Shown: in pieces, positions 1 through 10,019 of the stretch | Numbering within the stretch: the stretch's first letter is position 1 | How the letters are laid out: each line of letters starts with the position of its first letter | Source of the DNA: Takakia lepidozioides | Lineage: Eukaryota; Plantae; Bryophyta | DNA length: 64,000 bases | NCBI GenBank assembly: GCA_030704615.1 | Contig: CM060733.1 | Coordinates: forward strand, 43,338,001-43,402,000 | Direction of reading: 5' to 3' | Translations under genes and position numbers: made by a program | Notes under the pieces: model-generated | Database searches by the model: none | Seen by the model: only the letters and a program-made list of their open reading frames with translations | What the model was told of the DNA's origin: nothing

Positions 1-187
1 CACATTTCTTCCAAAAATCATCGCTGCGAATGTTATTTTGAACTTTTCGACTTTTGGCTTTTCTGGAGTCCCGCAATGTCCGTGTGTATGCATCTCATTG
101 AGGATCGATGATGGTGTGCTCCAGACTGCTCTTCACCGTCACCAACCGATCCACCATCAAGAAGTTAGTGGCAAAACATGTTTCACT
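1..187 (-). pseudogene. hAT-family transposase fragment
   Basis: My translation of the minus strand gives SETCFATNFLMVDRLVTVKSSLEHTIIDPQ*DAY...KAKSRKVQNNIRSDDFWKKC. This matches the plant hAT 'ETRFATNFLM...FW' region. It has an internal stop and runs off the window edge. Confidence 0.7.
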
Positions 188-750
188 TGTGTCGTGCGCA
201 TACGTATCGCTACACAACTACATCGCTGTCCAAACCACACCACACATATATGCACAATAAAGTAGTCTGCCACAATGATAAGTAAAGCTAAAAAAGACAC
301 ACACTCTCAACACAAGAAATATGAAATCCATCGCTATCACTCTTTAAAATAGAAGTCGAGCCAGGGGCACCCCACGCTATAGGGACTCCACCCCACAACA
401 ACCTACACTCCCATCATAAGCACACTCAGATTTAAACGCATGAAGGAGCTCGGTCGCGTAGGCTCAACTCGAGAGAGATAAGCTGCGCGACTGCCGCTCT
501 CGTGAAGATAAGACGGTTCAGGTGTCAAACTAAACTTGACACCTAACTTAACACTTGACCTAAATCCAAGTGTTAAGTACAAATAACTAGCTTTATTCTA
601 GTCGTTTTCACACTGTGCTTATTTAACTTGACACTTGGATTGCGAAGGCCGTATTTGGGTTTGTGCCTCTTATATATTGCCAAAGGGATGTGGTGTGTGC
701 GGATGAATGACACAACAGTCTTCGCTCGCTTGACAAGTTGTTTTGGAAAT

Positions 751-1326
751 GGAGCGACCGCCAAAGTGGCGGTCACTTCTACGAAGTGTGCCCTACGCAT
801 GGAGCGAAGAGTGAGGCAGGGGGAGGGGGGCATATAAGCTCCGACTCATTCTCCCCTCACTTCCATTATAGGCGGTCGCTTGAAGTTTTATTTTGTTTTT
901 ATAAATGCAGCGACCACCATTACTGGCGGTCGTTTTTTTCTTTTTTTTAGCGAAATGGAGCGACCGCCAAGGTGGCGGTCGCTTCTACGAGGTCTGCCCT
1001 GCGCATGGAGCGAGGAATGAGGCGGTGGGGGGGGGGGGGCATATAAGCTCCTCCCCTCACTTCCATTATTGGCAGTTTTTGTTTTTACAAAATGCAGCGA
1101 CCGCCATTACTGGGGGTCGCTTTTATTTTTTTATTTTTGGAAATGGGGCGACTGCCATTACTGGCGGTCGTTTTTTTTTTTAATGGAGCGACCGCGAAGC
1201 TTTTATTTAAATTTTTGGAAATGGAGCGACCGCCATTTGTGGCGGTCGCTTTTATTTTAAGTACAGGCGGTCGCTTCTCTATATTTTGGAGGAAAATCGA
1301 GCGACCGCCATTACGGGCGGTCGCCG
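751..1326. repeat. Left array of GC-rich hairpin repeats AGCGACCGCC-N4-7-GGCGGTCGCT with AT-rich spacers
   Basis: Full or half copies at about 751, 908, 957, 1096, 1147, 1185, 1222, 1266 and 1299. Confidence 0.9.
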
Positions 1327-1467
1327 CAATTGTTTTGTTTTTTGTAAATCAGCTTCATTATTCATTTTAGGAACTATTTTGACACCTACTCAAACTAGTT
1401 AGAGTGAAGGGTTTAGAGTTACGTCTTATTAGTAAACCTCGTTTAGTGTTGCTCCGATTGTTGCAGA

Positions 1468-3755
1468 ATGGCAGAGGGCCAGGACGATGACCGTCATGGA
1501 AATGACCCCAATGAACATGGACCGCCCCCTAAGAAAATCAAAGGGTCAAGGCAAGACTTGAATTGAGAAGTATGTGGTAACTTTAGCATACTAGCAGAAG
1601 AGGGCTGGAAGAGTTCAGGTGGCCGATGGCGAGATGCAAAAAATTCGTGAAATGGTACCACATCAATCGATTGTGGCCTTTGGATAGGCATGACGTGCAA
1701 ACCTGAAACAATTACGCAGAGTCCAGGTCTTGCACGAACTTGCATTTCTAGCATAGGGCGAATGAGGTGCATTGCACATTGTGGGGTCAACCTCTCTTAA
1801 AGGGTCAAATCCCGTACACCTTGGCAACCATATTGTACGTGGAGGTCATACTCTTGCGTCCAGTGAATTGACAAATTGCTAGTAGGAGGAACGCAAGGTT
1901 GCTATACGATTTGGAGTACATCCCAGACACGTTTGGAATACAACTGGCTGTAACGTTAGAGGAACAACTGGCGGAAAAAGACCAGCGAATCAGGACCCTG
2001 CAGGACCGATTAGACTAGCAAACACTGCGCATAGCCAAGTTGGAAGCTAGATTAGAAGACATGCCTCCCAACAATGAAAGCATTGTTGTCCACAATGAGG
2101 ATCGAATAAATGTCGTGGACATGGACGCGGAATTTGCGATGTCCGATCGCAGTATTGACCTCATCATTCACAAAATTATGGACGTCCTTGACTTTGTGGC
2201 CGATGAAACCATGGTTGAGGAACAGAGAATTGTGGATGAGAGAAGGAGGAAATGAAAAGAACCAGTACTGGAAACCGGGGAATGCTCTAGGGTCGTCATT
2301 CAATCAGAGATGAACCCGATATTAGATGTCGACCGCATTACAAAGGAGTGGGACATTGTCATGGCAACTGCATGGCGTTTGTCCAGAACGCTGGAGATTC
2401 GGGCATGGGTCCCATTGAATGACGATTGGGAGAATTGGGTACAATGAGCGACCCATTTGGCCTCCAGAGAAGCACGGGTAGAGCGGACACTGTCAGGCTT
2501 GCAACATGTTGCACACATGTCGAACCGTAGCGTGCATAGTATTTATGCCAACATGCAAAGGTATAACGATCTCCGCATCGCATCAAACGTGTTCGCCGGG
2601 TATACCAATTGGGCAGATATGGATTCTATGTTCGATCGATGTGAGCACAGAATTTCGGGGTCGAACAGAAGCATAAAGTGTGAATTGGAGATGGAGGAAG
2701 AGTGAGACACCACAACAAGGATGACCAGCCACATCAAACCGGCCCAGAGGGAGGAAATACCACGAGGCGTTTTGCCGTCATGGATATCAGATGGCACAAT
2801 TTGTTCGATATGTAGGAATTCATACGGCCCAGAGGGATGTTATGTGCTTGGATCATGTGGACATATGTTCCATCTCACATGTCTTATCCCGCAAGCCTTG
2901 CGGACGAGCGCTTGCCCAAAATGCCGTACACCAATCCATCGCCATTTCTATGAACTAGTGGGCTTGGAGGATCGGATGCCCATAGGTTTTGAATACAATC
3001 GACACAACCTCCCATTGGATGGGCTACCATACACATTTCTGAATTGTGTGCATTGGGGCAAGAACTTGGTATGGGATGCAGACAGAGAGATGCATGACAT
3101 ACATGTCGGAAACCCGTCATACATCAAATATCCTCAGTAATTCTGGGTCACATCTGACTGGGAGATAACCATACGTGCGGGAGGCATTTGAGATTGGTGG
3201 GAGAGAGAGCAGTTTTGCCGTAATCTGGGAGGGCATTGGAGTCGAAGAAGGTCTAGGTTTATCCGGCTCCCACAGGTTCCATGGGTGTCGGAAGAGAACG
3301 AATTGTATGACCGACAACCGATTGGGAGACATTTGTTGCTGTCTGAACTGGAAGATACTATAATATGTCAATGCCAAATGAATGAGGCGTACGAGGTGGC
3401 TTATCGTCAAAACGACACAATGATTAGGGACAGGGCCCGTGAGAGGCAGTTCGAAAGTTTCAAAAGTACCATCAAGGCAGTTGTAGAGAAATGGATGTGA
3501 CTATGGACAGACCGTTATCATCGTGTTTCGGGGGCTCTATTGCCGGATGTGGACGACCTCGTTGCCGATTTGCATGCAGCCCGAGCACTTGTTCTCGATC
3601 CATCTCCGCCACGTCGTGAGAATGAAGAAGAAAGTCAACTTTCACCGCGAAGTAGGCGGATGCAGGCTATAATTGATCACATGCCATTGGGCCCCTCATT
3701 GACCACGAGATCACGGTCGCAAGCTCTGGCAATTGGCAGTGCAAATCAGGCATAA
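1468..3755 (+). pseudogene. Degenerate gene with an N-terminal unknown domain, a coiled-coil-like region and a RING-H2 finger
   Basis: Chain of plus-strand ORF pieces (2040-2255, 2457-2705, 2721-3140, 3285-3500, 3540-3755) broken by stops and frameshifts. RING-H2 motif CSIC...CGHMFHLTC...CPKC in 2721-3140. The ATG at 1468 is a guess. Confidence 0.6.
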
Positions 3756-4044
3756 CATCAAATTCTTTGTCCTCGGACAGTGACGACTAGGCTTTTAATG
3801 ACTGGCAGCGTAGTACATATACAATATGCATTTTTGTTGTACCTTGAATGTTGTTGGAAAACACAGTGATGGCATTCCGTCAATTTTGTATATCACCAAT
3901 TTTGTTAATACACAATGCACATGTGCAGCACCGGCCAATTTCAATTGCATGAGCAACGTTTTTTTCACATTTACACTCGTGTGATGGGGAAGAAGTAGTT
4001 CACCCTATAAACAAATTTACAATGGTGTCATATTTGGTCATGAC

Positions 4045-4829
4045 CAGTGTTGGACCGGTATCATCAACATTTCATACCAGCCAGGGTATGGTATCGTCGG
4101 TGAAGAGGCCTCCATAATACCTGACAGGTAATGGTATCAAAATAGGTATTAAGCTTTTGATGTACCAGTCTGGTATGTATATTGTTTTTGTTTGGCCTGG
4201 TATGGTATGGTATCAGTATTTCAAATTTCAAATCTTATACTGGGGGAATATCAATATAGTTTTTAAAAAAAAAATATAAAAATAAACTTGAAAAAATAAA
4301 ATAAAAAATCTGTCCACACCGCTGAGGTGAGCACTGCAGCCGCTGAAGTGATCACCTCGTGGGCTGAAGCGCTCACCTCAGCGGCTGAGTGCCACAATTC
4401 ATAATAACAAGGAGTGGGATCTCACCTCAGGTAATTTGAGGTCACCTTACAAGAGTCATATTACAGGTTGATAAATGAGATAATGCTCCAAGCCCAAGCA
4501 AATTTTTGCCAAAATCGCCATTCAGATCGTCTCAATCAAAGAGCCCCGCAACTCTCCATGTTGCACCCTAAATCCCTAACGCTCCATATATTGATATCTA
4601 GGGTGCAAATGACGGCGGTAGACATAGTACTGGTATTGACAAAGCTGCGTTCCTTGCGATACCAGGCTGGTATGGTAGGAGCCCAGGTATTAGTGTTTCA
4701 CTATATTGCCCCCAATATGTTCTGCCCGGGTATTGCCAGTTGCTTATACCCGCCTGGTCTGGTACCCTGCCGTGATACCCTTACCCGTGCTGATACCCCG
4801 CCTCACCCCCATATACCGGTCCAACACTG
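4045..4829. mobile_element. Non-autonomous hAT-type MITE, 785 bp
   Basis: Perfect 17-bp TIR CAGTGTTGGACCGGTAT (4045-4061 / 4813-4829). 8-bp TSD GTCATGAC (4037-4044, 4830-4837). GGTAT/ATACC subterminal motifs. Confidence 0.9.
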
Positions 4830-5031
4830 GTCATGACGTGTATGTGGGTATTTGCAATGAACTCCAAAAGCTGGAGAACAAAAAAAATTGATATTAACCA
4901 ATAAGTTATAACGAGTTACCAACGGTCGTCTTCCAAACAAATTTCGCCTGGTCCCTGCGTATTTCATAATCATTTCGCAAAATCTATGATCTTTCTACGA
5001 ACATACCCACAAAGTTCTCAAAACACAAAAT

Positions 5032-5391
5032 AATTTCGATTGATCTCATATTACACTGGCACGTATCAGAGGGTACATTGAATACACTAGCCAAGTTTCA
5101 AAGCAAACGAAAATCATTTGGATGGGCAACCATCCGTTGGCCCATTGAACGAATTTCGATTGATTTCATATTACTCTGGGGCCTCTTACATGGCACATTG
5201 AACATAGTGGCCAAGTCTCAAAGCGAACCAAAATCATTTCGATGGCCAACCATCCGTTGAGCCATCAAATGAATTTCGATTGATTTCATAGTAGTCCGGG
5301 ATCTGATACATGGTATGTTGAACACAGTGGCAAAGATTGAAAGCAAACGAAAATCATTTGGATGGGCAACCATTCAATCGCCCATTGAATG
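5032..5391. repeat. 120-bp tandem repeat, 3 copies
   Basis: Units start AATTTCGATTGAT at about 5032, 5152 and 5272, and share AAAATCATTTGGATGGGCAACCAT. Confidence 0.85.
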
Positions 5392-5453
5392 GATGGGGTT
5401 TCGTCTTCGATTATACTGGGACCTGTTACATGGTATGCCCTTTGAAGCTCTTT

Positions 5454-5742
5454 TTGTAGTGTCTCATGCCTCGTAATGCGGTGCTTATCTATGTCCACTT
5501 TATCCAATATGTTGATATTCTCCACCTGGAACAGATCCACACATGTGTGCAGAAATCCTTAAAAAAACAAATGACCATCTCCACTTTTGTAAGCCTCATC
5601 CCTAGCTTCCAGTTTTGATGGTCATTTGGTTTTTTAAATATTTATATACGCATGTGTGGATATGTTTCAGATGGAAGATATTAACATTGGAAAAATAAGA
5701 GTTGGAGAAGCACCTCATTATGAAGGAAGAGACATTACAGAA
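5454..5742. repeat. Long imperfect inverted repeat (fold-back A, ~140-bp arms)
   Basis: AAACAAATGACCATC pairs with GATGGTCATTTGGTTT. ATCCACACATG pairs with CATGTGTGGAT. Confidence 0.8.
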
Positions 5743-6044
5743 TACCTCAGCATGTTGAACATCTGGATGAAGAACCTTGCCCATCGCCGCTTCAAAGTTC
5801 TAGCGCTTCTGAAATGATCACATGTTTGTTGGTGGAAGCAGATCTCGTAGGCCACATTGATCTCGTACCCATCGAAGACTCCCGTAGGCCACATGGAACG
5901 GTTCATGTGATACATTTTCACAAATGCGACGTGATACATTTGTGAAATGGTATCACATCAACCGTTTAATGTGGCCAATGCACCTCTTCCGCACCATGGC
6001 GGAAATGTTCGACACTTGAAAGCACAAACACAAATAATCCGTGC

Positions 6045-6420
6045 AAACAATCTCAAGAATCATATGTACTGCAAAGTGTTTCATACTACCGATGTTCATG
6101 TAGCTAAATTATTTAGGAATCGTTTTACTACTCCCATGCCAACAACATCAGGTCCACTGCGACTGCCATATTCCGAATTCCGTATCAGCCACCACGGACA
6201 TGAAACCAGGAACTTCGCACAAAATCTCCAATTCATTCAATTTATGGTGGGCCATGGCTGCAGCCTGCAAGCTGGCCGGGATAGCTGATACGTCCGTTTG
6301 AACATGACAGTCTGAGATTACGTTGGCATGGGAATGGCAAAAAGAGTACTACAGAATTCAGCTAGATGAACAACAATAGCATGAAACACCTTACCGTAAA
6401 TATGATTGTTGACATTAGTT
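6045..6420. repeat. Long imperfect inverted repeat (fold-back B, ~105-bp arms)
   Basis: The arms give similar peptides on opposite strands (NHMYCKVFH...PMPT vs NHIYGKVFH...PMPT). TCCCATGCCAAC pairs with GTTGGCATGGGA. Confidence 0.8.
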
Positions 6421-6564
6421 GTGACAGCTCTAATCAATACAGAACTCGCACCATCAGTTGCGCTCCAGCAGCAGTACCAGTCCCCCCGAGTAAATAAAAT
6501 TCCGTTGTAAATAATAAATTGCATACGCTCGAACTTCACAGATGTCAGTTCAACAAAACCGGCC

Positions 6565-6960
6565 GTGTATTGTGGCACTGTTTGTAACTTCGAATGTTTC
6601 AATGTTTCTGACAGGGTATTGAGAAAATGATATATTGGCTCCATATGAGTTAGACAACAAACGTTCCATATCTCATTCAACTTTGCGACACTACCATGAG
6701 TGGCATGGATAAAAAAGTAATAGGTGTACATGTGACCTCCGCACGTTCAAATACACCATTCGCTGGACCTAGTATCAAACGTTCGGAGGTCGCATGTGCA
6801 CCTATTACTTTCCGATCCATGCCTCTCATGGTAGTGTCGCACAGTTGAATGAGATGTGAGACGTTTGTTGTCTAACTCCTACGGAACTAATACATCATTT
6901 TCTCATAACCCTATCCAAAACCTTGGAACATTACAAATATAAACAATGAGTCAGTACACA
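6565..6960. repeat. Long imperfect inverted repeat (fold-back C, ~190-bp arms)
   Basis: GAGTTAGACAACAAACG pairs with CGTTTGTTGTCTAACTC. GCGACACTACCATGAG pairs with CTCATGGTAGTGTCGC. Loop about 25 nt. Confidence 0.85.
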
Positions 6961-7117
6961 AACCATTTATGTTGTGATGACAAGTGTCAGAGTCGAGCAT
7001 ATGCAATGTAGTATTTACAATGAGACTTTATTTATTACAGGCACGATCAAAATTGAGTTATGTCTTCATAAAAGAACCATTGTACCGCCACAAATCTCAT
7101 ATCTACGAGACTCTGGT

Positions 7118-8582
7118 CTACTCCGTCCTATATACGTCTTTCGGCTCAAGCCAATTGAATGGTTTGCCCATGAACCGAAGTACTACATGGGCTACTGTGA
7201 TTCTCTCATTCTTGTTGTTGTCGTACAACCTTTGTAGCATTGAATGCCAACAACCTTCCGTAAATTGGTCCTCAAACATACTTTGATCATAATGAGCGCC
7301 GCCATTTATTCGTACCGCTATCTTTCCAACGGCAAAGGCCTCCGACGTCATGTCCTGGGGGGGGGGGAGGGGGTGACATTCGCATTGAAAACCAATGCAA
7401 TATCTTTTTCCACCCACCATCTTTTCGCGAGTTCCCGGTCCAGCTTGTCTTGGTTTTTAAACTGGTACGACGAGGCTTTGCGTATGCCCAATGGGGTGGC
7501 TAAGCCCCAATCACACACCCCAATCTTGATCTCCTCGGTGCCATCTGGAAAATACAACAGGATGTTGTCGGGGGACAAGTCGTTGTGCAGGACACAATTC
7601 TTGTGGACAGCATCCATGATGCACACCAGTGCCCATGCAAGTTTAATGCGCATTTTCCGAAAACGAAGCAAGCGATCGCATTCCTGGAACTCTGCTTTCG
7701 TTCCCCTTTGTTCCAAAATCACCCTGTTGTCCGAATCGTTGCCCCATTTTCTGTCAAGGTTCATCATGTCGCGTATTGTCCCCTCATTCCACCAGCGAGT
7801 GTACCCCTCTACCTCACGTGCATTCATAGCAAAATATGAGATAACACCCGGATGCTGGAACTTCACTGCCAAACACTCGTCATTATGTTGTCTCAACGCA
7901 TTTTCTGGATTTTTGGACTTGGGTTTTTTTCCCGCTAGCTCTCAACGCTCCGATATTCTAGAATCGCCAATAATCCTACACTGAAGGACCTTAGCATACG
8001 CTCCTTCTTTGTAAAGGCCAATCTCTACTACCTTCGCAATATAGTTTAAGTAATAAAGACTAGTTGTGCCTCCCCCGCCCAATGACCCCGCCTCCAAGGG
8101 ACAACCCTAGTCCGGCGATGTGAATTCTGACTTGTCGAGCAAGCCCAATATTCAACACCCCGCATTAATTCAGCTTCGGCGGATGGCACTCGACCCTCGG
8201 TTGCTCTACCCTTCCATGTCTTCATTAGCTACCTCAAATTCCACGTGGCGTCTTTTGCCCTACTTTGGATCCACCGATTGAACTTCGGTTTGTCCCTGTC
8301 CGCCGTTCACTCAGCCCCCGCCAAAGCGTTTGTCATTTTCCTCTTCATATTCTGCTGGAAAATCTGAAACCCCTCCCATCCATGCCTGACATAAGCACTC
8401 TCTAGCCTCATCATGGTCCTACCCTTGAAATAATCCACTACCGCTTCTTTCACCCTATCCAAGGCATCCGGTCCCGGGTAGTCTGGCTTATTGACCTGGC
8501 TATCCCGCTCGTGGGCACGTTTTCTCTTCCTCCGATCCCCAGACGAGCCCGCCCCAGAACTTGAATTTACAACCCCCGACAT
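7118..8582 (-). pseudogene. Intronless protein kinase-like pseudogene
   Basis: Gly-loop-like EGAYAKV (~7990-8010), HPGVI, catalytic loop LHNDLSPDNILL, DWGLA (DFG equivalent), then TSEAFAVG after a frameshift at the G-run (~7356). Stops present. The N-terminal piece is ORF 8307-8582. Confidence 0.8.
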
Positions 8583-9219
8583 TGTATAAACCTTTGCCCA
8601 CTACAGGGTCCAAAACCTCAGAAAATGGCAATGAACGCGTGTGGATGGTGTCTTCGTAGATTTCTGCAAAAAAACAGGCCGTCGGGGATCCAAAAACGGC
8701 AAAATGGTGATACGATGATTGAACCGTGAACAAGTGTGTAGGACTGACCAATATAAAACCGACAAAACCTCCCCCCCCCCTAATAATCACCTTTGCACCT
8801 CCTGTTGGTAGTGCCAAGCAACGAAGTCCCAAATGACTACCGGATGTCAAGGAACCGCACCACGAGAGGGGCAAAAGTGATCAGAAAAGGAGGGGGGAAT
8901 GGTTTATATAGGCGCCCACCAGCACCCCCCCCCTCCCGCCCCAAAAACAAAAATGGCATTATGCTTGAAAAGACGCGACAGGCCAGTGGCGCCTCGCCAC
9001 GTGTCAACGCGGCGCGACTGGCCAGTCGCACCTCGCCACGCGCACCCACATGGGAGAGGTCAAGAGTTCAAAACCACCTCCCCACCATCCCATTTGTTTC
9101 ATTTTTCTTGACCTGTGGCACCTCGCCACGTGGCTGACCAGACGCCGCTTCATGATTAAAAAATTAAAAACAAAACGCCACACGGCGGGTCCCTGGATTT
9201 CTAAGGAAAAACAAAACAC

Positions 9220-9806
9220 GCGACCGCCGCATGGCGGTCGCTATATTTATAAAAACAAGAAGAGCGACCGCCACGTGGCGGTCGCTGCTTTTAAAAAAAA
9301 AATTAAATAAGCGACCGCCTACTGGCGGTCACTAAATTTGGCGATTCAAAATATAAATAAGCGACCGCCGCTAAATGATGAACGCTTCATTTAAAAAAAA
9401 ATATTAAGTAAGCGACCGCCAAACGGCGGTTGCTTAGTTTAAGAATCAAAATCAAATCGAGCGACCGCCTCCAAATGGCAGTCGTTGTATTCTTTATTAA
9501 CAAAAATAGCGACGGCCGCCAAATGGCGGTCGCTCCATTTTTCAAAAATTAACTGAAGACGCGACCGCCAAACGGCGGTCGCTTTATTTAAGAATACAAA
9601 TAAAATTAAGCGACCGCTGCTAAATGGCGGTCGCTAAATTTAAATATATATATATAGCGACCGCCACATGGCGGTCGCTGTATTTTTACAGAATATATCA
9701 AAGATATAATAATAATAATATAATAAAGTGCGAGCGACCGCCAATATGGGCGGTCGCTTTTATTTTAAAAATAATAAATTATATGCGACCGCCAATATAG
9801 GCGGAC
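9220..9806. repeat. Right array of the same GCGACCGCC-N4-7-GGCGGTCGC hairpin repeat (~12 copies, ~50-bp period)
   Basis: Copies at about 9220, 9261, 9310, 9360, 9411, 9460, 9508, 9560, 9609, 9656, 9731 and 9785. Confidence 0.9.
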
Positions 9807-10019
9807 ACATTTTTTTTAAAGAATTAATAAATATTAATAATTGGCCACGTCTGTTTTACACTGTGGCTGCCATCTCATTACAAAGGGTAGAAGTAAATCG
9901 TAAAAGTCAAATGTCAAAAAAAATTACATGGGTAAACGTCCGGATTCGACGTGACGTGACGCACGTCGGACGTGACGGCCGACGTGTCAGCGCCACGTCA
10001 CGTCAGGAATGATAACTAG

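Noticed and set aside
190-520. Possible LTR fragment starting TGTCGTGCGC that truncates the hAT piece
   Set aside because: It resembles gypsy LTR termini, but no partner end, PBS or TSD was found.
5947-6731. Two similar small ORFs on opposite strands suggesting a paralogous gene pair
   Set aside because: The similarity is explained by the DNA inverted repeat (fold-back B).
7244-7984. 246-aa plus-strand ORF
   Set aside because: Antisense shadow of the kinase pseudogene, with no motifs of its own.
9220-9806. CRISPR-like appearance of regularly spaced palindromic repeats (also 751-1326 and 24986-26343)
   Set aside because: Spacers are low-complexity AT tracts or duplicated units of variable length, repeat loops vary, there are no cas genes, and the context is eukaryotic.
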